The position numbers and the translations under genes are program-made. A stretch of 52,588 bases of DNA, from the NCBI GenBank assembly GCA_046712825.1, contig JBKKCR010000195.1, forward strand, positions 1-52,588. Reading direction: 5' to 3'. Source of the stretch: Actinomycetota bacterium (GTDB lineage: Bacteria; Actinomycetota; AC-67). The notes beneath the pieces were generated by a model that saw only the letters and a program-made list of their open reading frames with translations, did not search any database and was not told where the DNA came from. Below, one piece after another: positions 1-9,131 of the stretch (position 1 is the first letter of the stretch; each line of letters begins with the position of its first letter).

Positions 1-41
1 GGGGAGAGCAGGTCGAGCTCGTCGTGTGGGTTCATCGTCAT
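1..41 (-). CDS. 5' fragment of probable anti-sigma factor (truncated by window edge)
   Basis: ATG at 41 (second ATG at 35) just after the sigma stop, with AAGGTAGGA upstream; translates MTMNPHDELDLLS, resembling a zf-HC2 anti-sigma N-terminus. Confidence 0.5.
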   Translation of the reverse strand, partial: MTMNPHDELDLLS

Positions 42-43
42 TC

Positions 44-628
44 CTACCTTAGAGGGCCGGGATCGCCGCTAGGTTCCGCCTGCTCCTTCAGATGTCCGAG
101 CTGGCGGGCCAAGGCCAAGCGGGCCCGGTGGAGGCGGCTTTTGACCGTTCCGAGCGGTATCTCGAGCGCCCCGGCGCACTCCGCGTAGTCCAGCCCTTGC
201 AGGTCATGCAAGACGATCAGAGCGCGCTGGTCGGGCGGGATCAGGCCGAGGGCTCGGTGGACCTCGCGCGCCCGGACCGATCCGATCGCCTCGGACTCCG
301 GGCCAGGCTCCGGCGAAGCCTGCTCGGCGAGCTCGTCCATGCTCGAGTGATCGCGTCTGCGGCGCTTCCGAACGAGATCCAGCGAGGCGTTCACGGCGAC
401 GCGGTGGAACCACGTGGACAGTTGAGCGTCGCCGCGGAATCCTTTGAGCGCGCGGAGCGCCGTTACGAAGACCTCCTGGGTCACGTCCCGCGCGTCCTCG
501 TGGTGGCGAACGATCCGGAGGGCGACCGCGAACACGCGGCGCTCGAATCGATCGACGATCGTGTCGAACGCGGTGGGATCGCCGTTGCGAGCTCGGTCGA
601 GCAGCTCCTGATCGTCCGGGTCGGTCAC
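44..628 (-). CDS. sigM: ECF RNA polymerase sigma factor (SigM-like)
   Basis: Region 2 (DVTQEVF, STWFHRVAVN) and region 4 (GTVKSRLHRAR) motifs; position near murJ as in other actinobacteria; GTG overlaps the alr stop (GTGA). Confidence 0.85.
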   Translation of the reverse strand: MTDPDDQELLDRARNGDPTAFDTIVDRFERRVFAVALRIVRHHEDARDVTQEVFVTALRALKGFRGDAQLSTWFHRVAVNASLDLVRKRRRRDHSSMDELAEQASPEPGPESEAIGSVRAREVHRALGLIPPDQRALIVLHDLQGLDYAECAGALEIPLGTVKSRLHRARLALARQLGHLKEQAEPSGDPGPLR

Positions 629-1743
629 TGGACGTACACGCGTTCGATGCTGGGCGACACCAGGAGCCGTCGGACCGGCAAGCGTGCGATCGAGCCCGGC
701 CTCACACCGGCGATGCCGTCAACGTCGACGGTGACCTCTTGCATCGCGATGCGTCCCACGACCGGCGCCTTGCGGTCGCCGAACCAAACGAATCGTGGCG
801 ACGACCTGCGTCCGAGCGCGACCGCCGCGACCCGGCCGCCGAGCCGAGCCGCCTCGGTCATCGACTCGGAGCGTGCTGCGGGCTCGAGCCCGAAACCGTC
901 CGCGTAACCGACCGCGAGTGTCGCGACTCGGGTGGGAGCCTTCGCACGCCACTCGCCCCCGTACCCGACCGTCGCTCCGGCGGGGAGCTCACGCACCGAC
1001 ACCGCCGTAGCGTGCCACGCGAAGGGATCTCTCAGCGTGAAGGGGGCGTCGGCGCCGGCCGGGTTCTGGCCGTACAGAAGCGTGCCGACGCGGACCATGT
1101 CGAGCCGCGCCGCCGGCAAAGTGATCATTCCGGCGGAGTTCGCGGCGTGCATGATCGCGCGCGGCGCGTAATGGCCGAGCGCCGCGCGCACGGCGAGGAA
1201 CCGGTCGAGCTGCGTCCGTCCGGACTGACCCGCAGCGTCTGCGAAGTGGGTCCAGATGCCCTCGAGCGAGAGGTCGTCGGAGCCGGCAACCCGTGAAGCG
1301 ATCGCGGGGGCGTGCTCCGGCCGGATGCCGAGACGTCCCATGCCGGTGTCGATCTTCAGGTGGATCCGGGCGCGTCGTCCCACGGCCTTCGCGGCTTCGG
1401 CGAACGGTTCCACGTCGGAGCCGTCGCCGAGCGCGAGCGCGCAGTTCATATCTATCGCCTGTCGCAAGGCCCCACGCGGGGGCGGGGCCAGCACGAGGAT
1501 GTCGGCGGCGACGCCCGCGTCGCGCAGCGCGCGCGCTTCCTCGACCCGTGTCACGGCGATCATGCGTGCACCGGCGCGGTGGAAGATGGTCGCGCACTCG
1601 ATGAGACCGCAGCCGTATGCGTTCGCCTTGACGACGGCGCACACCGCTGTGCCGGCGTGCTTCCGGACCGCGTCGAAGTTGGATTGGAGCGCGCCCCGCG
1701 AGACCTCCACCCACGAGGTCCCTCTCGAACCGAGCCCTTCCAT
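625..1743 (-). CDS. alr: Alanine racemase family PLP enzyme
   Basis: VVKANAYG (PLP Lys), HLKIDTGMGRLG, HAANS, VGYG (catalytic Tyr), GYADG; real start is ATG 1743, not the track's 2736. Confidence 0.9.
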   Translation of the reverse strand: MEGLGSRGTSWVEVSRGALQSNFDAVRKHAGTAVCAVVKANAYGCGLIECATIFHRAGARMIAVTRVEEARALRDAGVAADILVLAPPPRGALRQAIDMNCALALGDGSDVEPFAEAAKAVGRRARIHLKIDTGMGRLGIRPEHAPAIASRVAGSDDLSLEGIWTHFADAAGQSGRTQLDRFLAVRAALGHYAPRAIMHAANSAGMITLPAARLDMVRVGTLLYGQNPAGADAPFTLRDPFAWHATAVSVRELPAGATVGYGGEWRAKAPTRVATLAVGYADGFGLEPAARSESMTEAARLGGRVAAVALGRRSSPRFVWFGDRKAPVVGRIAMQEVTVDVDGIAGVRPGSIARLPVRRLLVSPSIERVYVQ

Positions 1744-1748
1744 CGGGT

Positions 1749-2822
1749 TCAGTCTGCCGCTTCGGCAGCGCGTCCGCGACGGAAGCGCTTCAGGGTCTCG
1801 ATCGCGAGCGGCGCACCCAATCGCCATGCTCGGTACACGATCGGACGGAGCGGCAGGTCGAACGTGCCGGCATACTCCACGTAGCGCGCGCCGAAGCCTT
1901 CTTTGAAGCGGTTGAGACCGGCGAGGTGCGGCTCGGCGGGTTTCCCGTCCCTGATCGGCGACACGCCACGGAAATCGTAGATCTTGTAGCCCTGCTCGCG
2001 TGCCCATCGGATCATGTGCCACTGCATGAGATGGTTCGGCATCACGTTGCGATGTTCGTTGGATGAGGCGCCGTAGACGTAGGTCAGGCGGGGGCCGAAA
2101 CCCATGCAGAGCGCGCCGGCGACCGGCCGTCCCTCGAAGCGGGCGAGGAACATCGCGATGAGCCCGGCGGGCTCCAGACAATCGAACAGCGTCTCGAAGT
2201 ACGGACGGCCGCGGATCAGGAAGCCGTCCCGTTTGGCTGTGGAGACGAGGAGCTCGTAGAAGGCGGGCAGCTCGTCGCGTCCCACACGCGTGATCTCGAC
2301 GCCCTTCCGCTCGGCGACGCGCACGTTGTACCGCCACTTCGATCGGAAACCGGCGAGCAGCTCGTCGGGTGTCGGGTCGAGGTCGAGCACCATCACGGCT
2401 TTCGGCTGCACGCCGCCGAACCCGGCCTCGGTCGACGTGGCGAGGCCGGCGTCCTCGAGCGCCTTCGCCTCGGCAGACGCCGCCTCGATGGGGGGGTCGC
2501 ACTTCAAGACGAACGCGCCGCCGGCTTGGTCGCGGATCGCGCGCACGAGCGCGTCGAGCGCGCCCGGCGTTGCCGCGTCGAAAACCGGACCCCGCGGTGC
2601 ATAGAGCAGCAGAGGTGCCCCTTTGATCGGCCGGCGTCCGAGCACTTGAGCGACGGCGAGCGTGCGATCGTCGTCCTCGACGATGAATCGTCGGGGTGCC
2701 CAGCCCGAGCGTCGCTTCACCTCGCCCCATTCCCACGCCTGCAAGACGTCGGCGAGCGGAGAGGACGCCACGAACGCGTTGTACCGTTCGAGATCGGCGT
2801 CGGTCGCCACTCGGGCTTTCAT
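1749..2822 (-). CDS. FemAB/FemX-family peptidoglycan bridge aminoacyltransferase (tRNA-dependent)
   Basis: LQAWEWGEVK, YAPRGPV, KWRYNVR, YVYGAS, YDFRG and GLNRFKEGFG motifs. Confidence 0.9.
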   Translation of the reverse strand: MKARVATDADLERYNAFVASSPLADVLQAWEWGEVKRRSGWAPRRFIVEDDDRTLAVAQVLGRRPIKGAPLLLYAPRGPVFDAATPGALDALVRAIRDQAGGAFVLKCDPPIEAASAEAKALEDAGLATSTEAGFGGVQPKAVMVLDLDPTPDELLAGFRSKWRYNVRVAERKGVEITRVGRDELPAFYELLVSTAKRDGFLIRGRPYFETLFDCLEPAGLIAMFLARFEGRPVAGALCMGFGPRLTYVYGASSNEHRNVMPNHLMQWHMIRWAREQGYKIYDFRGVSPIRDGKPAEPHLAGLNRFKEGFGARYVEYAGTFDLPLRPIVYRAWRLGAPLAIETLKRFRRGRAAEAAD

Positions 2823-2855
2823 CGCGGCGAGACTATACCCAGGGCGCGAGGGTAC

Positions 2856-4181
2856 TCAGACACGGAAGAACTGGACTTCGGAGACTTGCGCTTGATACGG
2901 GAAACCGCTCTCCGAGCCGATATCGACGAGGGTGGTGATCCAGAGCAACCAATATCGAGCCGTCCGGTTCCCGGGGATCGTGACCGCATCCACGGGCACG
3001 GTGAACTCTGCGACCTTCTCGAAGTCGTCTGCCGACGAGAATCCTGCATCGTCGGCGACTCGCCACTCAGCCTTCCAGCCTTCGTTCGGCGTCCGTACGA
3101 CGATGCGGCCGACGAGCTTCGCGTCGCCCAGATCGAAGATCAGGCCGACGCCTTTCTTTCGACCGTCGAGGCTCGAACGCGAGTAGCCCACGGTGGACCA
3201 AGCCGTTTCCTTTCCGTCGATCGTCAGCGTCACGTCGTCGGGATGCTCTTGGCCGTTGCCAGGCGAAGGATCGAAATCGTCGACAGACTCGACCTTATAC
3301 GCGGCCGCGCTCGCCCCCGGGGACGGGCTTGGCTCACCGCCGCCGATCTTGATCGCGCCTGTTTGGACGCCCACTATCACGGCGGCGACCCCGAGCCCGA
3401 CGAGGAACAGCGCTGGGACCAGCCACCGCGCCTCCTGTCGGACGAATCCCGGGCCCCGCTCGACCGGCTCGACGGAGGTGAGTGGCGTGAGAACCCGCGT
3501 GAACTCCGCGAGGCTCGGCCGGACCGACCGGTCGCGCGCCAAGCCGCGGGCGAGCAATGAGTCCACCTCCGGTGGGATGGAGCGTCGCGCGGTGCGCGCC
3601 GGCGGAGCGTCGGGCCCCGGCTCGCGGCCGGTGAACAGGCGGTACGCGATGCCGGCGAGCGCGTAGCGGTCGCGTTCCTCGTCGGTCGCTTCACCGCTTG
3701 GCCGGTATCCCTCGGAGGCGTGGTCGCCGAGCGCTGAGGCGACGGCCGTGCCGCTCAGCTTAGCCCGGCCTTCCTCGTCGAACATGACGGTTTCGGGGCC
3801 GACGGCACCATGGGGGATGTTGTGTTCGTGGAGCGCGGCGAGCGCGCCGGCGATCTGGCATGTGGCGGCGGCGGCGGCGGGGACCGGTAGGGCGCCGTCC
3901 TTGCGGTCGACGAGCCGTCCGCCGGGTGCGTGCTCGAAGACGATGCCAAGGGGATCGGCGCTCATGTCGTAGATCTGCGCCAGGCCGGCGTGGGCAACCT
4001 GCGCGGCCGCGGCGACTGCGTGCGAAATGGCTTCACGCGACGCCTCGGGGAAGGTCTGGATCAGGACCGGCCGGTCCAAGATGGTGTCCAGCGCGAGCCA
4101 TGCCGGTCCGGCGACCCCATCCCAGGCGCGTTGTTGTACGCGGTAGCGGCCGCCGATCATCGTGCCGGGTTCGACGATCAT
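2856..4181 (-). CDS. Membrane Ser/Thr kinase-like protein (probable pseudokinase) with extracellular beta-sandwich/discoidin-like domain
   Basis: GRYRV...D.ILDRPV kinase N-terminus with degenerate catalytic motifs, one TM helix, C-terminal IDG...WST...GVGL..DLG...RYWLLWIT. Confidence 0.8.
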   Translation of the reverse strand: MIVEPGTMIGGRYRVQQRAWDGVAGPAWLALDTILDRPVLIQTFPEASREAISHAVAAAAQVAHAGLAQIYDMSADPLGIVFEHAPGGRLVDRKDGALPVPAAAAATCQIAGALAALHEHNIPHGAVGPETVMFDEEGRAKLSGTAVASALGDHASEGYRPSGEATDEERDRYALAGIAYRLFTGREPGPDAPPARTARRSIPPEVDSLLARGLARDRSVRPSLAEFTRVLTPLTSVEPVERGPGFVRQEARWLVPALFLVGLGVAAVIVGVQTGAIKIGGGEPSPSPGASAAAYKVESVDDFDPSPGNGQEHPDDVTLTIDGKETAWSTVGYSRSSLDGRKKGVGLIFDLGDAKLVGRIVVRTPNEGWKAEWRVADDAGFSSADDFEKVAEFTVPVDAVTIPGNRTARYWLLWITTLVDIGSESGFPYQAQVSEVQFFRV

Positions 4182-4192
4182 CGCTCGAATTG

Positions 4193-4570
4193 TCAGGTGA
4201 CGCCGCGCCGCCGGGTCGAGCGAGCGACCGCCCAGCCGTCGGTGACGCCGATGCGATGGACGAAGAGAGTCTTCGCAGGTTTAGACAACGTCACCACGAC
4301 GGCCTTGCCGTTCTCGACGACGCTGAACGCCTCGAGGACGGCTCCCTTCGACTCGGCGACTTCGCTGGCGGCTTTCTCGGCAGCGTCTTGGTTCTGGCTG
4401 CTTCGATACTCCTGCGCAGCCGCGGCGACCGCGTCACCGGCGATGTCTTCGATCGTCACCTTGGCGACGACGATCGCCCCGGCCTCGAACGCGACCAGCC
4501 CGAAGATGGCGAGTGAGAGGACGAGCTTGAGGAGCCACCCGGTGATGATCCCGCCGCGCTCTGAGGTCAT
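4193..4570 (-). CDS. Small membrane protein with Tad/pilin-like N-terminus (125 aa)
   Basis: MTSERG followed by a long hydrophobic helix; ATG overlaps the murJ stop (TGATG). Confidence 0.65.
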   Translation of the reverse strand: MTSERGGIITGWLLKLVLSLAIFGLVAFEAGAIVVAKVTIEDIAGDAVAAAAQEYRSSQNQDAAEKAASEVAESKGAVLEAFSVVENGKAVVVTLSKPAKTLFVHRIGVTDGWAVARSTRRRGVT

Positions 4571-6285
4571 CACTCGCTCCTCTCGCGTCGCGAGAAACGG
4601 CCGGTGACCATGCGCAGCAAGGGGTGGAACTCGTCGAGGCGAAGGAGTGCAGCCAAGGCTCCGTACAGTATAAGTGCCGCAGTTACGGCTCCTCCGACCT
4701 GAAGGATCTGCCCGCCGAGCTCTCCGGTGTCTGCGGTTTGGGCCACGCCCTTCGCGACGAGCCACGCGGCCGTTGCCGAGACAGCCGAAGCGAAGACGAT
4801 CTTCATCGTGGAGACGCCGATCCTCGCGCCGTCGAGCCCTCCGAGCTGACGGCCCAACACGACGCCCCCAAGGAACGCGGCGAAGACGTACGAGATCGCG
4901 TGTGCCAGCGCGAGCCCCGGCACCCCACGCCACTCGTACAGCGGGAAGGCGAGGGCGATGTTGAGCACGACCGCGAGGCTATTGACGATCCACGGGGTTC
5001 GCGTGTCCTGCCGAGCGTAGCTGGCGCGCATCAGTTGCTGGAAGGCCGCGTAGCCCACGAGGCCAACCGCCATCAGCAGGAACGTGTCGGCGAACAGCTC
5101 GGTCGACCCCGCGCCGAAGACGCCGTGCTCGAGCAGCAGTCGGACGATGGGATGCGAGAGGACGACGAAACCGGCGGCTGCCGGTGCGATGACGAACATC
5201 GTCGTACGGAGCCCGAGCGACAGGTCGCGGCGGAACGCTTCGAGGTCCCCGCGCATGTGATGCTCCGATAAGGTCGGCACGAGGGCGGTGAACACGCTCA
5301 CGGCGAAGATCCCATACGGAAGCTGGTACAGGATGAACGAGCTCTGGAAGGCTGTGACGCCGCCGGTCACGCCGTTGGCGAGCGCATACACGACCCAAAG
5401 CCCGATCTGATTCACGACGACGTACGCGAGCGAGTACTTGGCCAGGTTTCCGACGTGACGGATCGCCGGGTTGCGATAGTCGAACTCTCGCGGGCTGTAC
5501 GCCTGATCCTTCAGGCGTAAGACGAACGGCCACAGCACGAGCGTCATCGTCATCACGCCGAGCGTCGTGCCGATCCCGAGGAGCAGCTTGTCGCCGGTCG
5601 TGAGGTCGAGCAGATCCACCTGCCGGCCCGAGTGCTTCCAACGGAACACGACGAACGTTGCCATCACGATCAGGTTGTTGAGGATCGGAGCGAACATCGG
5701 CATCGCGAACTTGCGGTGGGCGTTCAAAAGGCCGGTGAGGACGGCGCCGGCCGCGTAGAAGATCATCTGCGGCAGCAGCAGGCGCAACAGGAAGGCACCG
5801 ACCTGCTCCTGCTGGAGGCGCACGGCGTCGTCGGCGCGGAACGTGTAGATCTTGATGATCCACGGCGCAAGCAGGACCGCGAGCGCGCTGACGACCGCGG
5901 CCACAGCCAACGCGATGTTCAGGATGGTCGACGCGAGCCGCCACGCCTCATCCTTCGCGCGGGTCGTGAGGTGCTGGACGAAGATCGGGACGAAGAGCGT
6001 CGCAAGGATCTCGCCGAGGATGAGCTGATACACGATGTTCGGCATGGTGTTGGCGAGGTTGTACGTGTCGGGCAGCTTGGTCTCGGCGCCGCCGATGGCC
6101 CACGCCATGACGGCGAGACGCAGGAAGCCGGTCAGCCGCGAGAGCGCCGTTCCGACGCTCATCACGGCGGTCGCGCGGGTCAGGGCGCGCGCGGCCTCGG
6201 CGCCGGCTTCCGCGCGCAGATCGATCTCTCCGGTGAGGGGGTCGGAGGCCGGGTCGGTGGGGGGCCCGGATCCCGGGAAGGCCAT
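4570..6285 (-). CDS. murJ: Lipid II flippase MurJ (MviN)
   Basis: SRLTGFLR, YNLANTMPN and QLPYGIF motifs with many TM helices; start ATG 6285 has TACCAT 8 nt upstream. Confidence 0.93.
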   Translation of the reverse strand: MAFPGSGPPTDPASDPLTGEIDLRAEAGAEAARALTRATAVMSVGTALSRLTGFLRLAVMAWAIGGAETKLPDTYNLANTMPNIVYQLILGEILATLFVPIFVQHLTTRAKDEAWRLASTILNIALAVAAVVSALAVLLAPWIIKIYTFRADDAVRLQQEQVGAFLLRLLLPQMIFYAAGAVLTGLLNAHRKFAMPMFAPILNNLIVMATFVVFRWKHSGRQVDLLDLTTGDKLLLGIGTTLGVMTMTLVLWPFVLRLKDQAYSPREFDYRNPAIRHVGNLAKYSLAYVVVNQIGLWVVYALANGVTGGVTAFQSSFILYQLPYGIFAVSVFTALVPTLSEHHMRGDLEAFRRDLSLGLRTTMFVIAPAAAGFVVLSHPIVRLLLEHGVFGAGSTELFADTFLLMAVGLVGYAAFQQLMRASYARQDTRTPWIVNSLAVVLNIALAFPLYEWRGVPGLALAHAISYVFAAFLGGVVLGRQLGGLDGARIGVSTMKIVFASAVSATAAWLVAKGVAQTADTGELGGQILQVGGAVTAALILYGALAALLRLDEFHPLLRMVTGRFSRRERSE

Positions 6286-6299
6286 CGCGGCCGATGGTA

Positions 6300-8342
6300 T
6301 CAGCCGAGCGGTTTCGCTTTCGGACGCCGGATGAATGCCCGGCGCGCCCACGCACCGAGCAGGAAGAGCGCGCCCCCTGCCGTCGCGGCGAACGCGACAG
6401 CGCTTACTGCGGTCGAGCGAACGAGGAGCTGCCCGGTACCGATCTGGTTGTCACCGTCGGCCGTCTCGATCCGGACGTCGATCGGGAACGAGCCTGCCGT
6501 GCGGGCCTCGAGCTCGAACGTCTGCGTGCTCAGCGTCTGCCGGTCCGGGTTCCCCTCGACGGTAACCTTGCGGGTATCGCCTCCGGGGAAGGCCACCTTC
6601 GCGGAATCGAGGCGCACGCGGACTCGGATCGTGTATCCCGTGCCGTTCACGACCGTGACCGGGACACGACCCCCGCGTGAGGTGAGCGTCACACGTCTGG
6701 GAGGAACCGTGATCGCGTTGAGTGTCGTCTCTGCAGTCGCGCGCGCGGCCCGCGCGAATGCCGTCGCGACGTTGGGCTTGAAGTCCAACGACTCGGCGAT
6801 CAGGATCCTTCGGTTCAGGTCGGCTACGAGATTGGGTGCCTCGACCACCTCCTCGAGGATATCGACCATGGGCCGGGCGCCTTTGGCTGCGTCGAGGCGG
6901 GCCTGGGTGGAGGGCTTGATCGTGTCCAGCCTGAGCGGCTCGCCGGCCGGGGCCAACGCGGGATCAGTGACAACACTCGTTGCTGTGCGCAGCCGGGCCC
7001 AGGGTGCCTGAGCCAGTGCATCGAGCAGCGGACCGCTGACGGCCGGCAACGGCATCGTGTCGGTCGCGACGACGAGCGCGCGGGCCGGCGCGAGTCCGGG
7101 CACCTCGAAGTAGGAAACGGCCGTCTCGGCGAGGACGCCCATCGCCGCAAGCACGGGATCCTCGGTCTGGGTTTGAAGGCGATCGCGAACCGGAGCGTCG
7201 AGGAGCAACGAGTCGAAGGACTGTCCGGAGGAGCGCACCTCCTCCGGACGATCTGGGTGGCCGAAACGACCCTCGGGGATCTCGCGCAAGACCTCCGGAT
7301 CGAGGACGAGGACCTCGGCTCCAAGCGCTGAGAACGTACGCGCGCTGCGTGAGTCCGCCGCGTAGTTAGCGTTGGTGAACAACGTCGGGTTCGGCTGCCG
7401 CAGAAGATGCCGGCTCACGCTCTCCCGGCCCGCGAGGATCTGCTGGCGGGCGTCGAGTGCCATGTCGGCCGCAACCAATGAGGCCAGGTCCGCGCGCGTG
7501 TACGGCGCCGTCGCGATCTCGAACGCCGGGCTCGCGACCGCGACCCGGAGCCGCGCGAGAAGCTCCCCCGCGGCGACCGCGATCGGATCGGTTGCCGGGA
7601 CCGGGTCAACTCCTCCGTCCTCCAGCCGCGCGTCGAACCCGTTCGAGACGTCGGCCAGTTCGTCCGCCAGCAAGCCGGTAGGCGCGAGGGTGAGGCCGGC
7701 GCCCGGATGCCGCTCGAGGAGCTCGATGGTGCCGCGGATCGCGCCGTTCTCGAGCAGCTCACGACCGAGATGAGCCTTGTTGTAGGCGCCCCGCTCGTCC
7801 ATCGCGGTGGGACGGTGGATTGGGAGGACCCAGACGACGTTCAGTTGGCTCTCGGGCGTCTGGGCGAGGAACACGAACGCGCCGGAGCGCTTGGCGAGCG
7901 TCTGCACGCCAGACTGCACGTTGATCGCGAGCGGGTAGACGCCGCTTTCACCCCGGCCGGGCAAGAACGCGGTGGCCAGCGAGCCGAGGTCACGCTGAAC
8001 GGTGACGGTGGCCTTCTCGCCCGGCTCGAGCGGGTCGATCAGCTCCTCGGTCGTCTGCGCGAGGACCTGGCCTTGTGGCTCCCGGTCGAGCGCGACCCTC
8101 AGCGCCGACCGGCTGCGGACGCGCTCGCGGATGGTGAGCCGGATCGCGATCTCCTCTAACGGGGTCGTTCCACCATTGGTGACCTCGAGCGCGACGATGA
8201 GCGGGCGATCTGGGGCCGTCCACGGCGCGAACGATGTCAGGCGCACCGTCACGTCGTCGGGTGGTTGCGCCCGCGCGACCGGCGGAAAAACCAGTGCTCC
8301 GGTCGCGAGAACGATGAGGAACAGGTTCCGGGGGCGGAGCAC
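6300..8342 (-). CDS. DUF6049-like secreted, C-terminally anchored protein
   Basis: Signal peptide, GVYPL motif, VTLTS..G.VPVTV.N, C-terminal TM; usual neighbour of murJ. Confidence 0.8.
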   Translation of the reverse strand: MLRPRNLFLIVLATGALVFPPVARAQPPDDVTVRLTSFAPWTAPDRPLIVALEVTNGGTTPLEEIAIRLTIRERVRSRSALRVALDREPQGQVLAQTTEELIDPLEPGEKATVTVQRDLGSLATAFLPGRGESGVYPLAINVQSGVQTLAKRSGAFVFLAQTPESQLNVVWVLPIHRPTAMDERGAYNKAHLGRELLENGAIRGTIELLERHPGAGLTLAPTGLLADELADVSNGFDARLEDGGVDPVPATDPIAVAAGELLARLRVAVASPAFEIATAPYTRADLASLVAADMALDARQQILAGRESVSRHLLRQPNPTLFTNANYAADSRSARTFSALGAEVLVLDPEVLREIPEGRFGHPDRPEEVRSSGQSFDSLLLDAPVRDRLQTQTEDPVLAAMGVLAETAVSYFEVPGLAPARALVVATDTMPLPAVSGPLLDALAQAPWARLRTATSVVTDPALAPAGEPLRLDTIKPSTQARLDAAKGARPMVDILEEVVEAPNLVADLNRRILIAESLDFKPNVATAFARAARATAETTLNAITVPPRRVTLTSRGGRVPVTVVNGTGYTIRVRVRLDSAKVAFPGGDTRKVTVEGNPDRQTLSTQTFELEARTAGSFPIDVRIETADGDNQIGTGQLLVRSTAVSAVAFAATAGGALFLLGAWARRAFIRRPKAKPLG

Positions 8343-8349
8343 GATCTCG

Positions 8350-8359
8350 ATGCTAGCAT
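8350..8359. promoter_or_regulatory. Bidirectional -10 element (ATGCTAGCAT)
   Basis: Palindrome gives TAGCAT on both strands, 7 nt before GTG 8342 and 9 nt before ATG 8369. Confidence 0.55.
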
Positions 8360-8368
8360 CCGCGGCAT

Positions 8369-8728
8369 ATGGCCTCCCGGCACACGCAGGCGGCGCTCGC
8401 GATCGGGTTCGCCGCCGGAGCCGCGTCCGGGCTGCTCGGGGTGGGCGGCGGGATCGTCATGGTCCCGGGACTCGTGCTCCTCCTCGGCGCCTCCCAGCAT
8501 CAGTCGCACGCGACGTCGCTGGCCGCCATCGTTCCGATCGGCGTCGTCGGCTTCGCGATCTTCGCCCTCCACGGTGAGGTGAACTACGCGATCGCCGGAC
8601 TCCTAGTCCTCGGCGCGCTCGTCGGGGCGCCGGTGGGCGCTCGCGCGATGTCGCGGATCCCCGAACGCCCGCTCACGCTGGTGTTCGCCGTCCTTCTCGT
8701 GGTCGCCGGCGTCCGGCTGCTCGTGTGA
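8369..8728 (+). CDS. TauE/SafE (TSUP) family transporter, half-size subunit
   Basis: SGLLGVGGGIVMVP and ATSLA motifs, about 4 TM. Confidence 0.85.
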   Translation: MASRHTQAALAIGFAAGAASGLLGVGGGIVMVPGLVLLLGASQHQSHATSLAAIVPIGVVGFAIFALHGEVNYAIAGLLVLGALVGAPVGARAMSRIPERPLTLVFAVLLVVAGVRLLV

Positions 8729-8738
8729 GCGTGCGCGC

Positions 8739-9125
8739 ATGAGCTCGGCCGACGTGCTGATCGCGATCGCCGTCGGCGTGGTCGCAGGCGCGTACGCCGG
8801 ACTGCTCGGGGTGGGCGGTGGCATCGTGATGGTGCCTGCGATGGTGCTGTTGCTCGATCAGCCCCAGCGCGTCGCCGAGGGGACGTCGCTCCTCGCCATC
8901 GTGGGTACGTCGTTCGTGGCCGCGCGGGCGCACCATCGCAACCGGCTGATCCTTCCCCGCTGGGCCGGATTGCTCGCTATGGGCGGCATGGGTGGAGCAG
9001 TCCTGGGCAGCTTGGTCGCCTTGGCGTTGATAGAGGACGAGGTCGTTCTGCAGAAGATCTTCGGTGCGTTCCTGATCGTGTTGGCGGTGTGGATCGCGAC
9101 GCGGCGCCGGGAGGAGCGAGCCTGA
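8739..9125 (+). CDS. TauE/SafE (TSUP) family transporter, half-size subunit
   Basis: AGLLGVGGGIVMVP and GTSL motifs, about 4 TM. Confidence 0.85.
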   Translation: MSSADVLIAIAVGVVAGAYAGLLGVGGGIVMVPAMVLLLDQPQRVAEGTSLLAIVGTSFVAARAHHRNRLILPRWAGLLAMGGMGGAVLGSLVALALIEDEVVLQKIFGAFLIVLAVWIATRRREERA

Positions 9126-9131
9126 CCGCGC

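Noticed and set aside
1744-2736. 703-aa ORF implying a long N-terminal extension on alr
   Set aside because: The extension is Arg-rich noise overlapping the fem gene; Alr homology starts at ATG 1743.
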